Assembly (NCBI GenBank): GCA_039931635.1
Contig: JBDTRO010000174.1
Coordinates: 1 to 42,132, forward strand
DNA: 42,132 nt
From: Betaproteobacteria bacterium
GTDB lineage: Bacteria; Pseudomonadota; Gammaproteobacteria; Burkholderiales; SG8-39
Direction: 5' to 3'
Shown: positions 18,424 to 28,605 of the stretch, one piece after another
How positions within the stretch are numbered: position 1 is the stretch's first letter
Layout: each line of letters opens with the position of its first letter
Program-made: the position numbers and the translations under genes
Notes under the pieces: model-generated
The model's database searches: none
Told to the model about the DNA's origin: nothing
What the model saw: the letters and a program-made list of their open reading frames with translations, nothing else

Positions 18424-19499
18424 TTCAATGCCTCTCGCAATGCGGCGACCAGTATACGATTTTCCTCCGGCGTGCCGATGCTCAGCCGCAGAGTGTTCTC
18501 CAGCGCCGGTGCCCCGCCGGAAAAATTCCTCACCAGTACGCCCTGCGCCTTCAAGCTCTCGAAGGCGCGCGTGCCGGCGCCCGCCGGGCCCTTGACGCGC
18601 GCGAGGAAAAAATTCGCGACCGAGGGATAGACCGTCAGGCCGGGCATGCGCTCGAGCTCGGGGCGCAGCCGCTCGCGTTCGGCCAGCACCTTGGCCGCTG
18701 ACGCGTCCAGCACTTTCTTGTTCTCCAGCAGCTTGATCGCCACCGCCTCGGTCACGACATTGATATTGAATGGCGATCGGGCCTTGTTGAACGCCTCGAT
18801 CCAATCCGGCCGGCCGCAAACGTAGCCCAGCCGCAGGCCCGCCATGCCGATCTTGGAAACGGTACGCATCACCACCAGGTTCTCGAACTCGGCCAGGCGC
18901 GGCATGAAGGTGCCGCCGGCAAAAGGCTGGTAGGCCTCGTCGATCACGACCAAGCCCGGCGCGGCGCGGATTACCCGCTCTATGTCGGAGACTGGGAAGG
19001 CGTTGCCAGTCGGGTTGTTCGGGTAGGCGATCCAGACCAGCGCCGGCTTTTCCTTCTCCATCGCCGCCAGGAACGCGCCCGCGTCGAAGCTGAAATCCTC
19101 GCGCAGCGGGACGCCCACGAAGCGCAGGCGGTAAAAAAAGGCGTGCATCGAGAACATGCCGAATGAGGGCGCCGGCGCCATCACCACGGCGCCTTCGCGC
19201 GCGACCGTCGCGGTGATGTACTGGATGCATTCGTCCGAACCATTGCCGAGCAGTACCTCGCAGCCCGCCGGCACCTGCATCACGTCGCGGATCAGCGCGC
19301 GCAACCGTTGCGCGCTCGGCACCGGGTAGCGGTTGAGCGAGAGCTGCGACACGATCTTCCCGATCTCGGCCGCAAGCCCGGGCGGCAGCCCGTACGGGCT
19401 CTCCATCAGGTCGAGCTTGACCAACCCCGTCGCGTCCGCAACCGGGTAGGCGTGCATGGCCTGGATTTCAGGCCGGATGACTTTGGACGCGGCGCTCAT
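18420..19499 (-). CDS. hisC: Histidinol-phosphate aminotransferase
   Basis: From [11 protein letters not shown]; GNGSDE, YPNNPTG, IDEAY, RTVSK. Confidence 0.95.
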   Translation of the reverse strand: MSAASKVIRPEIQAMHAYPVADATGLVKLDLMESPYGLPPGLAAEIGKIVSQLSLNRYPVPSAQRLRALIRDVMQVPAGCEVLLGNGSDECIQYITATVAREGAVVMAPAPSFGMFSMHAFFYRLRFVGVPLREDFSFDAGAFLAAMEKEKPALVWIAYPNNPTGNAFPVSDIERVIRAAPGLVVIDEAYQPFAGGTFMPRLAEFENLVVMRTVSKIGMAGLRLGYVCGRPDWIEAFNKARSPFNINVVTEAVAIKLLENKKVLDASAAKVLAERERLRPELERMPGLTVYPSVANFFLARVKGPAGAGTRAFESLKAQGVLVRNFSGGAPALENTLRLSIGTPEENRILVAALREALK

Positions 19500-20788
19500 C
19501 GCCGGGACTCCGCGCGCATTTCCGCCGAAATGGCGTGCGCGAACAGGCCTTCGCCACGCGCCAGGCTGGACGCGAGCCGCCCGAGCGTGCGCGCGCCCTT
19601 GCGCGACACGTTGACCAGGCTGGTGCGCTTCTGGAAATCGTAGACGCCCAGCGGCGAGGAGAACCGCGCCGTACCGGATGTCGGCAGGACGTGGTTCGGG
19701 CCGGCGCAGTAATCGCCGATCGCCTCCGAACTCCAGCGGCCGAGAAAGATCGCGCCGGCATGGCGCAGCTTCGGCAGCAGCGCCTGCGGCCTGGCCACCG
19801 AGAGCTCCAGGTGCTCGGGCGCGATGCGGTTCGCGATTCTGCATGCCTCATCCAGGCTTCGCGTCTCAATGAGCGCGCCCCTGCCGGTGAGCGAAGCAGC
19901 GATCACCTTGCGCCTCGGCATGTCCCGGATCAGCCTGCGTATCGCCGCCTCCACCGCATCCAGATAGCCGCGCCGCGGCGACAGCAGAATCGCCTGCGCG
20001 AGCTCATCGTGCTCGGCCTGCGAGAACAGATCCATCGCCACCCAGTCGGCGGGTGTGCTGCCGTCGCCGATCACAAGGATCTCGGACGGACCTGCGATCA
20101 TGTCGATGCCGACCCGTCCGAAAACCTGCCGTTTCGCCTCCGCGACATAGGCGTTGCCGGGCCCGACGATCTTGTCGACACGCGGTACCGAACGCGTGCC
20201 GTAGGCCAGCGCTGCCACCGCCTGCGCACCGCCGATTACGATCACGCGGTCCACGCCGGCGATGGCCGCCGCCGCCAGCACCAACGGATCCGGATTCGGG
20301 CTCACCATCACCACTTCGGGCACGCCCGCCACCTTGGCAGGAATCGCGTTCATGAGCACTGACGACGGATACGCCGCCTTGCCTCCCGGCACGTAAAGGC
20401 CGACACGCTCCAGCGGTGTCACGATCTGGCCAAGCTGCGTGCCGTCGGCCTCGGCATATTTCCAGGACTTCGAAAGCTGGCGCTCATGGAACCGCCGAAT
20501 CCGCATGGCGGCGCTGCGCAGCGCTTGGGCCTGCGGCCGGGGCAACGAGCGCAAAGCCGCCACCAGTTTCTGCCTGCTCACCTCCAGTTTCGCAATTGAA
20601 TTCGCCCTGACACGATCAAAGCGGCGCGCATAGGCGAGGACCGCCGCGTCGCCGCGCTTGCGCACGTCGGCGATGATCGAGCGCACCACGCGCTCCACCG
20701 CCGGGTCCGCGGCCGACTCGTAGTGCGTCAGCGCCGCAAGCTTCGCGTCGAATCCCGCCTGGCGCGTCGAAAGCCGGCGTAGTTTCAT
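19496..20788 (-). CDS. hisD: Histidinol dehydrogenase
   Basis: ATG at 20788 overlaps the hisG stop; [52 protein letters not shown]. Confidence 0.97.
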   Translation of the reverse strand: MKLRRLSTRQAGFDAKLAALTHYESAADPAVERVVRSIIADVRKRGDAAVLAYARRFDRVRANSIAKLEVSRQKLVAALRSLPRPQAQALRSAAMRIRRFHERQLSKSWKYAEADGTQLGQIVTPLERVGLYVPGGKAAYPSSVLMNAIPAKVAGVPEVVMVSPNPDPLVLAAAAIAGVDRVIVIGGAQAVAALAYGTRSVPRVDKIVGPGNAYVAEAKRQVFGRVGIDMIAGPSEILVIGDGSTPADWVAMDLFSQAEHDELAQAILLSPRRGYLDAVEAAIRRLIRDMPRRKVIAASLTGRGALIETRSLDEACRIANRIAPEHLELSVARPQALLPKLRHAGAIFLGRWSSEAIGDYCAGPNHVLPTSGTARFSSPLGVYDFQKRTSLVNVSRKGARTLGRLASSLARGEGLFAHAISAEMRAESRR

Positions 20789-21429
20789 TTCCACGCCGCC
20801 TTCGCAAAGGACTCAATGAGCGGCTGCAATTCGGCGCGACGCGTCTTCAGCGCGGCCTGGTTGACGATCAACCGCGCCGATGCCGGCATGATTTCCTCAA
20901 CCTGCACGAGATTGTTGGCGCGCAGCGTCCTGCCGCTGGAAACGAGGTCGACGATCGCATCGGCCAGGCCGAGCAGCGGCGCGAGCTCCATCGAACCGTA
21001 GAGCTTGATGAGGTCCACGTGCACGCCCTTGGCGGCAAAGTGCTCGCGCGTGATCCGGACGTATTTGGTCGCAATGCGCAAGCGCGCGCCCTGGCGCACG
21101 GCGGCTTCGTAGTCGAAGCCGCGCCGCGCCGCCACCATCATGCGGCAGCGAGCGATACCCAGGTCCACGGGTTGATAGAGTCCCGCGCCACCATGCTCGG
21201 CGAGCACGTCGCCGCCGGCTATGCCCAGTTCCGCGGCGCCATGCCCGACGTAGGTGGGAACGTCGGACGCGCGCACCACGATCAGCCGGACACCGCGCCG
21301 CTCGGTGCCGATAATGAGCTTGCGCGAACTCCCGGCGTTCTCCACCGGGCGCAGGCCGACGCGCGCGAGCAGCGGCGCGGTCTCCTCGAGAATCCGCCCT
21401 TTGGACAAGGCGATGCTGATGGTGCCCAT
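20785..21429 (-). CDS. hisG: ATP phosphoribosyltransferase, short form (HisZ-dependent)
   Basis: From [13 protein letters not shown]; [25 protein letters not shown]; 214 aa with no C-terminal regulatory domain. Confidence 0.95.
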   Translation of the reverse strand: MGTISIALSKGRILEETAPLLARVGLRPVENAGSSRKLIIGTERRGVRLIVVRASDVPTYVGHGAAELGIAGGDVLAEHGGAGLYQPVDLGIARCRMMVAARRGFDYEAAVRQGARLRIATKYVRITREHFAAKGVHVDLIKLYGSMELAPLLGLADAIVDLVSSGRTLRANNLVQVEEIMPASARLIVNQAALKTRRAELQPLIESFAKAAWK

Positions 21430-21434
21430 GCGGC

Positions 21435-22685
21435 TCAGTTTACCCGCCGGATGCTTGCGCCCAGCGCCCCGAGCTTGTGCTCGAGCGCCTCGTAGCCGCG
21501 GTCCAGGTGGTAGATGCGGTCGATCACGGTCTCGCCCTGCGCCGCCAGGCCCGCGAGCACGAGACTCGCCGAGGCGCGCAAGTCGGTCGCCATCACAGGC
21601 GCTCCGGAAAGCCGCTCCACGCCTTTGACCACCGCGACATTGCCTTTCAGTTCGATACTCGCGCCCATGCGCGCCAGTTCCGGAACATGGGTGAAGCGAT
21701 CGAGATACACGGTGTCCTCGATCACGCTGGTGCCGCCGGCGATCGCGCACACCGCGATCATTTGCGCCTGCATGTCGGTCGGGAAGCCCGGAAACGGCTG
21801 CGTCACGACGTTCACCGCTTGCGGGCGTGCCGGCCCGGTGACGGTGACGGAATCGGCGGCCCGTTCGATCGTGCTCCCGGCTTCCTCCAGCTTGAGCAAT
21901 GCGGCCTCGAAGTGCGCCGGCACGACGCGCTCGAGCTTGAGACAGCCGCCAGTCATCGCCGCCGCGGCCGCGAAAGTCGCCGCCTCGATGCGGTCGGGAA
22001 TGATTGTGGTATCGATCGGGCGCAGCGAACTGACGCCTCGAATGGTGAGCTGGCGCGTACCCAGGCCATCGATACGCGCCCCGCAAGCCACGAGCACGTC
22101 GCCGAGCACCGTAACGTCGGGCTCGACGGCGACGTTCTCAAGCACCGTCGTGCCCTCCGCGAGCACGGCCGCCATCATGAGTTGCGCGGTGGCGCCGACC
22201 GAGACCACATCGAATCCGAACGTCGCACCCTTCAGCCTTACGTTGCGGCCGACGATGTAGCCATGCTCGACGTCGAGTGCCGCGCCCATCGCCTGCAATC
22301 CCGCCATGTGCAGATTCACCGGCCGTGGCCCCCATGCGCAACCGCCCGGCAGCGATACCCTTGCGGCACCGAATCGCGCGAGCAACGGCCCCAGCACGTA
22401 GATGCTCGCGCGCATCGTCTTGACCAGTTCGTAGGGCGCCTCGAACGAATTCACGCCGGTGGAGTCGATCGAACACAGGTTGCCTTCGAAGGCGACCTTC
22501 GCGCCGAGCAACTCCAGCACCTTTGCGAAGGTGCGCGTGTCGCGCAGCCGCGGAACATTCCTGAGGCGATGAACGCCCGGCGCGAGCAGCGTCGCGGCCA
22601 TGACCGGTAGCGCGGCATTCTTGGCGCCGGAAATCGGCACCGTGCCCTGCAGCGGCCGGCCACCGGTAATGAGAAGCTTATCCAT
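21435..22685 (-). CDS. murA: UDP-N-acetylglucosamine 1-carboxyvinyltransferase
   Basis: [45 protein letters not shown]. Confidence 0.97.
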   Translation of the reverse strand: MDKLLITGGRPLQGTVPISGAKNAALPVMAATLLAPGVHRLRNVPRLRDTRTFAKVLELLGAKVAFEGNLCSIDSTGVNSFEAPYELVKTMRASIYVLGPLLARFGAARVSLPGGCAWGPRPVNLHMAGLQAMGAALDVEHGYIVGRNVRLKGATFGFDVVSVGATAQLMMAAVLAEGTTVLENVAVEPDVTVLGDVLVACGARIDGLGTRQLTIRGVSSLRPIDTTIIPDRIEAATFAAAAAMTGGCLKLERVVPAHFEAALLKLEEAGSTIERAADSVTVTGPARPQAVNVVTQPFPGFPTDMQAQMIAVCAIAGGTSVIEDTVYLDRFTHVPELARMGASIELKGNVAVVKGVERLSGAPVMATDLRASASLVLAGLAAQGETVIDRIYHLDRGYEALEHKLGALGASIRRVN

Positions 22686-22917
22686 TCAGCTTTGCTTCTT
22701 CCGGTGTCAGGGTCTGCATCGACAGCGCATGTATCTCTTCGCGCATGCGATCGCCCAGGGCCTTGTAGACGAGCTGGTGCCTCTGTACGCGGCTCTTGCC
22801 TGCGAACGCGGCCGACACGACCAGCGCCTGGAAGTGCTGGCCGTCGCCCATCACGTCCACGCGCTCGCAGGCGAGGCCCGCCTCGATGCCGCTCTTGATG
22901 CTTTCGGGTGTCACCAT
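22678..22917 (-). CDS. BolA/IbaG family protein
   Basis: From MVTPESIK; GDGQHF, RHQLVY, EIHALS; immediately upstream of murA. Confidence 0.92.
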   Translation of the reverse strand: MVTPESIKSGIEAGLACERVDVMGDGQHFQALVVSAAFAGKSRVQRHQLVYKALGDRMREEIHALSMQTLTPEEAKLNG

Positions 22918-22919
22918 GT

Positions 22920-23675
22920 CTATTGCCTCAGTTTGTATCCCGAGCGCAGCATCAGCAGGGAGGCCGCGGACAGGAGCGCCAAGCTTACCGCGACCACCGC
23001 AAGGCTCGCGACGGGCGAATAGTCGGAGACGCCGAAGAAGCCGAATCGGAAGCCGTCGATCATGTAGAAAAACGGATTCAGGTGCGTCAACGTCTGCCAT
23101 AGCTCGGGCAGCGAGCGGATGGAATAGAACACGCCGGAAAGGAACGTCAGGGGCAGGATGACGAAATTCTGGAACGCCGCGATCTGCTCGAACCTGTCGG
23201 CCCAGATGCCCGCAATGAGGCCGAGCGCGCCCAGCAGCGCGGAGCCCAGCAGCGCGAACATGAAAACCCAGGCCGGCTCCGCCAGCCGCAGGTCCACGAA
23301 CCAGACCGACACCGCGAGCACCCCCGCGCCGACCACCAGGCCGCGGATCATGGATGCAAGCACGTAGGCACCGAAGAATTCCAGGTAGGAAATCGGCGCC
23401 AGCATCATGAATACGAGGTTGCCGCTGATCTTGGACTGGATCAGGCTGGAGGAACTGTTGGCGAACGCGTTCTGCAGCACGCTCATCATCACCAGCCCCG
23501 GCACCAGGAACTGGGCGTAGCTCACCTGCTCGAACATGCGCACGCGGTCGCCCAGCGCATAGGCGAAAACGACCAGGTACATCAGCGCAGTGAGCACCGG
23601 CGCGGCGACGGTCTGGAAGCCGACCTTCCAGAAGCGCAGCAATTCCTTGTAAAGCAAGGTCGGAAAGCCGCCCAT
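22920..23675 (-). CDS. ABC-2 type permease (YadH-like)
   Basis: From MGGFPTLLYKELLRFWK; FLVPGLVMM, FLSGVFY, NPFFYMIDGFR. Confidence 0.9.
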   Translation of the reverse strand: MGGFPTLLYKELLRFWKVGFQTVAAPVLTALMYLVVFAYALGDRVRMFEQVSYAQFLVPGLVMMSVLQNAFANSSSSLIQSKISGNLVFMMLAPISYLEFFGAYVLASMIRGLVVGAGVLAVSVWFVDLRLAEPAWVFMFALLGSALLGALGLIAGIWADRFEQIAAFQNFVILPLTFLSGVFYSIRSLPELWQTLTHLNPFFYMIDGFRFGFFGVSDYSPVASLAVVAVSLALLSAASLLMLRSGYKLRQ

Positions 23676-24574
23676 CAGTGTTTTTCCATCACGCGCAGGA
23701 AAACGTCCTCGAGATCGGGCGGCTCGAGGTCGAGTTCCTTGATGGTGGCGCCGGTTTCCCGCACCCGGTGCAGAACCTGTTCGAGCGCGTTGAAGTCGCG
23801 CAGGCGAAGCGTGTAGCGCCCGCTCTCGGCAGTCAGCACTTCCGCCGCAAGGCCGTCGGGCAGCGCGTCGCGGTCGATGCGGATCTTCAGCACCAGACCG
23901 GAAAAGGTCTCGAGCAGGTTGCGGGTCGAATCGAGCGCCACGACGCGACCCGCTTTCAGCATGGCGATGCGATCGCACAGTTCCTCGGCTTCCTCGAGGT
24001 AATGGGTGGTCAGCACGATGGTGTGGCCGTCGCGGTTCAGGCGGCGGATGAACTGCCACAGCCCCTGGCGCAGTTCGACGTCCACGCCCGCAGTCGGCTC
24101 ATCGAGCACGATCACCGGCGGGCGATGCACCAGCGCCTGTGCCACCAGCACGCGGCGCTTCATGCCGCCCGACAGCGCGCGCATATTGGCGTCGGCTTTC
24201 GCGCCCAGGTCGAGGTGGTGGATCACCTCGTCGATCCAGGCGTCGTTGTTGCGCAGTCCGTAATACCCCGACTGGATGCGCAGCGTCTCGCGCACCGTGA
24301 AGAATGGATCGAATACCAGTTCCTGCGGCACCACGCCGAGCATGCGCCGGGCCCGCCGGTAATCGGTGATCACGTCGGCACCCATCACGCGCACCTGCCC
24401 CGCGCTGGCGCGCGCAAGCCCCGCGATGATGCTGATCAGGGTCGTTTTGCCCGCGCCGTTGGGCCCCAGCAGGCCGAAAAACTCCCCTTCGGCCACGGCA
24501 AGGCTCACTCCGGCGAGCGCATGCAGCGCACCGTAGCGTTTCTCGACGTTCAAGGCTTCAATCGCAAGGGTCAT
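23675..24574 (-). CDS. ABC-2 type ATPase (YadG-like)
   Basis: From MTLAIEAL; GPNGAGKTT, LSGGMKRR, LDEPTAGVD, THYLEEAE. Confidence 0.9.
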   Translation of the reverse strand: MTLAIEALNVEKRYGALHALAGVSLAVAEGEFFGLLGPNGAGKTTLISIIAGLARASAGQVRVMGADVITDYRRARRMLGVVPQELVFDPFFTVRETLRIQSGYYGLRNNDAWIDEVIHHLDLGAKADANMRALSGGMKRRVLVAQALVHRPPVIVLDEPTAGVDVELRQGLWQFIRRLNRDGHTIVLTTHYLEEAEELCDRIAMLKAGRVVALDSTRNLLETFSGLVLKIRIDRDALPDGLAAEVLTAESGRYTLRLRDFNALEQVLHRVRETGATIKELDLEPPDLEDVFLRVMEKH

Positions 24575-24641
24575 AGGCGGGCGGGCCCGCGACCACGTGC
24601 TGCGCGCATTCTCACGCACGTGATCGCGCGGGCGTTCGACC

Positions 24642-24935
24642 TCAGTGGTGCGCTGCGGAGACGGGCAGCAGTTCTGCTACGCCGTACAGACGGGCAATGC
24701 TCGTGAGGCCCTGAGGAAGATTTGCAAATTCGAGGCTGCGATTGTGCTTCCTGGCCTCGCGCAACCAGGCGAGCAGGAGCGCCAGCGCGGACGAATCCAC
24801 CTCGCCGACTTCGCCCAGGTCCACGGTCTGCACGCCCTGCCCGATGGCGGCCGTGCCCTCGGGGAGCACCGCCGCGACGCTGGCAAGCGTCAGGCCGCCG
24901 CTGACGAACATGCGATCGCCGTCGCGCCGGATCAT
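24642..24935 (-). CDS. mlaB: STAS-domain protein MlaB
   Basis: From MIRRDGDR; VDLGEVGEVDSSALALL, ARLYGV; directly after mlaC. Confidence 0.85.
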   Translation of the reverse strand: MIRRDGDRMFVSGGLTLASVAAVLPEGTAAIGQGVQTVDLGEVGEVDSSALALLLAWLREARKHNRSLEFANLPQGLTSIARLYGVAELLPVSAAHH

Positions 24936-25585
24936 TTTTTCTGCGCTCCCGCGACCGCCGGCTGCGCCTGGTAGTTGTTCTTCGCGTTCAGCGCCTTTAT
25001 CAACCCTTCGACGCCGCTCTCGCGGATCAGGTTGTCGAACTCGGTGCGGTAATTGGCGACCAGGCTGATGCCGCCGACGCGCACGTCCCAGACTTTCCAT
25101 CCCGCGGGCCGCTTTTCCATGTCGTAGTCGATCGTCACCGGCTGGTCGCCCGATTGCATGATGCGCACGAACACGGTGACGTCGGTGTCCGTCGGCTTGG
25201 CGCGCAGCGGGCGGAATTCGAATTTCTGCGTGCTGTAGGCCGCGAGCGCGCTGGAGTAGGTGCGCACCAGGAGCGTCTTGAACTCGTCCGTCAGGCGCGC
25301 CTTCTGTTCGGCGCTGGCCTTCTCCCAGTTGCGGCCGGTCGCGCTCGCCGTCATTGCCTGAAAATTGAAGTGCGGCAGGACCTTGGCCTCGATCAGGGCG
25401 ATCACCTTCTTGCGGTCGCCTTTCTGGATGTCCTTGTCGTTCTTGATGATATCCACGACCTCGAGGGTCACGGTCTTCACCAGCACGTCGGGCGCCATGG
25501 CCTCCGACTGGGCCCGAACGCCTCCGGCCAGCACGAGACTCGCCGCCGCGGCCGCCGTCGCGAACCGTACGAACATGGGGAACAT
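24932..25585 (-). CDS. mlaC: Periplasmic phospholipid shuttle MlaC/Ttg2D
   Basis: Signal peptide; LPHFNF, FKTLLVRTYS, WKVWDVRVGGISLVANYR. Confidence 0.92.
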   Translation of the reverse strand: MFPMFVRFATAAAAASLVLAGGVRAQSEAMAPDVLVKTVTLEVVDIIKNDKDIQKGDRKKVIALIEAKVLPHFNFQAMTASATGRNWEKASAEQKARLTDEFKTLLVRTYSSALAAYSTQKFEFRPLRAKPTDTDVTVFVRIMQSGDQPVTIDYDMEKRPAGWKVWDVRVGGISLVANYRTEFDNLIRESGVEGLIKALNAKNNYQAQPAVAGAQKK

Positions 25586-25586
25586 C

Positions 25587-26468
25587 CTAGCCTCCGTGGC
25601 TGGCGGCAGGGGACGCCGGCTGCTCAAGCAACCGCACCGCAGCCTCCAGCGCAGCCGGATCCGGCCGCACGACCGGCGCTTCGGCGACCACTTGCAGCGG
25701 GGGGTGCGACGCCGGCGCGGCCTCACTCGAGGGCTCCGGCGGGTTGACATCGGCGCGCGGCACCTCCCGTGCGGCGCGCGGCGGACTGCCGTCGTACACC
25801 TGGCTGCGGCGGCGCTGCAGGTAGGCGTCGCGCTGGAACACGTACTTGTCGAGTGCCGCTTCTTCCAGAATCCGGCTTGCATCCAGCAGGTCGGCGCGCT
25901 TGCCGGTTGCCCGCAAGATCGTCATCGCGTTGCGCACGCGGACAGGATCATGCTGCAGCACCGGGTCCAATCCGATGTCGAATATCAGGCCAGCGCTATC
26001 GCGCAGGCTGCTGGAGCCCAGAAACGGCCACACCAGGTACGCGCCGTCCGCGACACCCCAGCGGCCGAAGGTCTGGCCGAAGTCCTCGTCGTGCTTCTCG
26101 ATGCCGATGTCGCTGGCGACGTCGATCAATCCGAAGAGTCCGATCGTCGAATTGAACGCGAAACGCACCCAGTCGGTGATCGCATCGGCCGGCTTGCCCT
26201 GCAGAAGGTTATTGGCGCCAATCCACAAATCGGCGATGTTGGCAAAGAAGTTGCGGACCCCGGTGCGCACCGGGCTCGGCAGCACGTTGCGGTAGGCGGT
26301 CGACACCGGCTTGCCGATCGCCTCGTCGAAGCCGTCGTTGAACGAATACATCGCGCGATTGAGGCCTTCGAGGGGATCGCGTACGTCGCTGCCGGTCGTC
26401 GCGCAGCCCGCCGCTCCTGAGAGGAGCAGCGATAAAATGAAATTCCTGGACACGCTTTTCATCGTCAC
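25587..26468 (-). CDS. mlaA: Outer-membrane lipoprotein MlaA/VacJ
   Basis: Lipobox AAGC; DPLEGLNR, EDFGQTFGRWG, YLVWPFLG, DKYVFQRDAYLQRR; Pro/Ala-rich tail. Confidence 0.94.
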   Translation of the reverse strand: MTMKSVSRNFILSLLLSGAAGCATTGSDVRDPLEGLNRAMYSFNDGFDEAIGKPVSTAYRNVLPSPVRTGVRNFFANIADLWIGANNLLQGKPADAITDWVRFAFNSTIGLFGLIDVASDIGIEKHDEDFGQTFGRWGVADGAYLVWPFLGSSSLRDSAGLIFDIGLDPVLQHDPVRVRNAMTILRATGKRADLLDASRILEEAALDKYVFQRDAYLQRRRSQVYDGSPPRAAREVPRADVNPPEPSSEAAPASHPPLQVVAEAPVVRPDPAALEAAVRLLEQPASPAASHGG

Positions 26469-26935
26469 TTGCCGTCCTTGCCCTCAGCCGCCTTGTTGAA
26501 CAAGAACTGGCTGATCAGGTTTTCCAGCACTACGGCCGATTGCGTCAGCCGCAACCGGTCCCCCTGCTTCAACATTACCCCGTCCCCGCCCGCTTCCAGG
26601 CCCACGTACTGCTCGCCGAGCAGGCCAGAGGTCAGGATCTTCGCCGACGTATCGCGCGGAAACCGGTATTGCGCGTCCACCGTGAAGGTGACGATGGCCT
26701 CGTAGCTCTCGTTGTCGAAACTGACCTCCGACACCCGCCCGACGACCACGCCCGCGCTCTTGATCGGCGCGCGCACCTTCAACCCGCCAATGTTAGCAAA
26801 CTTGGCCTGTACCTGATACATCTCGGCGGTCGAAAAAGAGGCCAAATTTCCCACCTTAAGGGCAAGAAACAACAGTCCGGCGAAGCCGGCGGCGACAAAG
26901 GCGCCGACCCAGATGTCGATGGTGGAGCGTTTCAT
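26465..26935 (-). CDS. mlaD: MCE-domain protein MlaD
   Basis: FANIGGLKVRAP, GVVVGRV, TSGLLGEQY, LENLISQFL. Confidence 0.95.
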   Translation of the reverse strand: MKRSTIDIWVGAFVAAGFAGLLFLALKVGNLASFSTAEMYQVQAKFANIGGLKVRAPIKSAGVVVGRVSEVSFDNESYEAIVTFTVDAQYRFPRDTSAKILTSGLLGEQYVGLEAGGDGVMLKQGDRLRLTQSAVVLENLISQFLFNKAAEGKDGK

Positions 26936-27750
26936 TTCGCATTTCCTCCGGTAAACATGAGCGCCGTGAGCGCGAAATCCAGAGCCAGGATGGCCAGCGA
27001 GGAGGTCACCACGGTCCGCGTCGTCGCCGCCGAGACCCCCTCAGCGGTAGGCAGGGCGTCATAGCCCTCGAACACCGCGATCCAGGTCACCGCGACCCCG
27101 AAAACTACGCTCTTGATGACCCCATTCAGGATGTCCTCGCGCACGTCCACGGAGGCCTGCATCTGGGACCAGAACGCCCCCTCGTCGACCCCGATCAGCT
27201 TCACACCGACCAGGTAGCCACCGAAAATCCCCATCGCCGAGAACAACGCCGCCAGCAACGGCATCGAGATCACGCCGGCCCAGAAGCGGGGCGCCACCAC
27301 GCGGGCAATCGGATCCACCGCCATCATTTCCATGGCGGCGATCTGCTCGGTCGCCTTCATGAGGCCGATTTCGGCCGTAATCGCCGAGCCGGCACGGCTG
27401 GCGAACAGCAGCCCGGCGATCACGGGCCCCAATTCACGCACTAGCGAGAGCGCGACGAGCACGCCCAGCGCCTCGCCCGAGCCGTAGCGCTGCAGGGTCT
27501 CGAAGCCCTGCAACCCCAGGACCATGCCGACGAACAGCCCGGAAACCAGGATGATGATCATCGACAGTGCGCCCGCGAAGTAGATCTCGCGGATCGTAAG
27601 CCCGAAACGGCGGAATGCGGTCCCCGAGTGCAGCAGGATCGCTACAAAAAAGCGCGCCGCAAACCCCAGCCGCCAGACCTTCGCGGTCGCGGCATGTCCC
27701 AGGCTCGCGAGCCCGTCGCGCAGCCCGGCAAATAGGGATCTTTCAGCCAT
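26932..27750 (-). CDS. mlaE: Permease MlaE
   Basis: From MAERSLF; LVRELGPV, AEIGLMKATEQ, VVAPRF, TTRTVV. Confidence 0.95.
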   Translation of the reverse strand: MAERSLFAGLRDGLASLGHAATAKVWRLGFAARFFVAILLHSGTAFRRFGLTIREIYFAGALSMIIILVSGLFVGMVLGLQGFETLQRYGSGEALGVLVALSLVRELGPVIAGLLFASRAGSAITAEIGLMKATEQIAAMEMMAVDPIARVVAPRFWAGVISMPLLAALFSAMGIFGGYLVGVKLIGVDEGAFWSQMQASVDVREDILNGVIKSVVFGVAVTWIAVFEGYDALPTAEGVSAATTRTVVTSSLAILALDFALTALMFTGGNAK

Positions 27751-28576
27751 GCGTAGCCACCTGCGCAAGGTCGGCCTCGTAGCCAGGCGCCGGGTAGTGG
27801 AACGGGATTGGGCCGTCGGTTTCGCCGCGCACGAACTGGCTGACGAAAGGTTCCGCGGAACTCCGCAGCGCATCCGGCGTGCCATGCGCCACGATTCGGC
27901 CAGCCGATACGAAATAGACGTAGTCCACGATGCTGAAGCATTCCTCGACGTCGTGGCTGACCACGATCGACGTCTGCCCAAGCGAGTCGTTCAAGGTCCG
28001 GATCAGCCGCGCGATCACGCCAAGCGAGATCGGGTCCAGACCGGTGAATGGCTCGTCGTAGAGCATGAGGCGCGGGTCGAGGGCCACCGCGCGGGCCAGC
28101 GCCACGCGTCGCGCCATCCCGCCCGAGAGCTCGGAAGGCATCATCTGCGCCGCGCCGCGCAATCCGACCGCTTCCAGTTTCATCATGACGAGGTCGTTTA
28201 TGAGATCCGGTGGCAGGTCGGTATGCTCGCGCATCTGGAATGCCACATTGTCAAACACCGTCATGTCGGTAAACAAGGCGCCGAACTGGAACAACATGCC
28301 CATCTTGCGGCGCAATGCAAATATCCCTTCGCTGTCCAGGTCGCTCACCGACTTGCCCAGCACCCGCGTGGCGCCGGCGCTGACCTTGAGCCAGCCGGCA
28401 ATGATTCGCAGCAACGTCGTCTTCCCGCAGCCGGACTGGCCCATGATGCCGACCACGCTGCCGGGCTCGATGCGCAGGCTCACGCCGTGCAGCACCGGGC
28501 GTGCGGCGTCGTAGCCGAACGAAACGTTGTCTATCTCGACGATGGGAAGACCGGCCACGGCAGGAAGGGTACGCAA
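27743..28576 (-). CDS. mlaF: ATPase MlaF
   Basis: GQSGCGKTT, MLFQFGALF, ELSGGMARR, YDEPFTGLDP; exact start uncertain (TTG). Confidence 0.93.
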   Translation of the reverse strand: MRTLPAVAGLPIVEIDNVSFGYDAARPVLHGVSLRIEPGSVVGIMGQSGCGKTTLLRIIAGWLKVSAGATRVLGKSVSDLDSEGIFALRRKMGMLFQFGALFTDMTVFDNVAFQMREHTDLPPDLINDLVMMKLEAVGLRGAAQMMPSELSGGMARRVALARAVALDPRLMLYDEPFTGLDPISLGVIARLIRTLNDSLGQTSIVVSHDVEECFSIVDYVYFVSAGRIVAHGTPDALRSSAEPFVSQFVRGETDGPIPFHYPAPGYEADLAQVATHG

Positions 28577-28605
28577 CGGAAGGGGAGGATTATAGTATCG
28601 CCCGC

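Noticed and set aside
20785-21429. Short HisG without hisZ nearby
   Set aside because: Normal for Betaproteobacteria; hisZ usually lies elsewhere, often near purA.
25587-25800. Pro/Ala-rich C-terminal tail of MlaA, and similar linkers in the ExeA-like, secretin and TPR proteins
   Set aside because: Low-complexity linkers are common in these families, and no DNA-level tandem repeat unit is visible.
22678-28576. mla genes joined to a yadGH-like ABC pair, bolA and murA
   Set aside because: This is a widely conserved betaproteobacterial arrangement, not a novelty.
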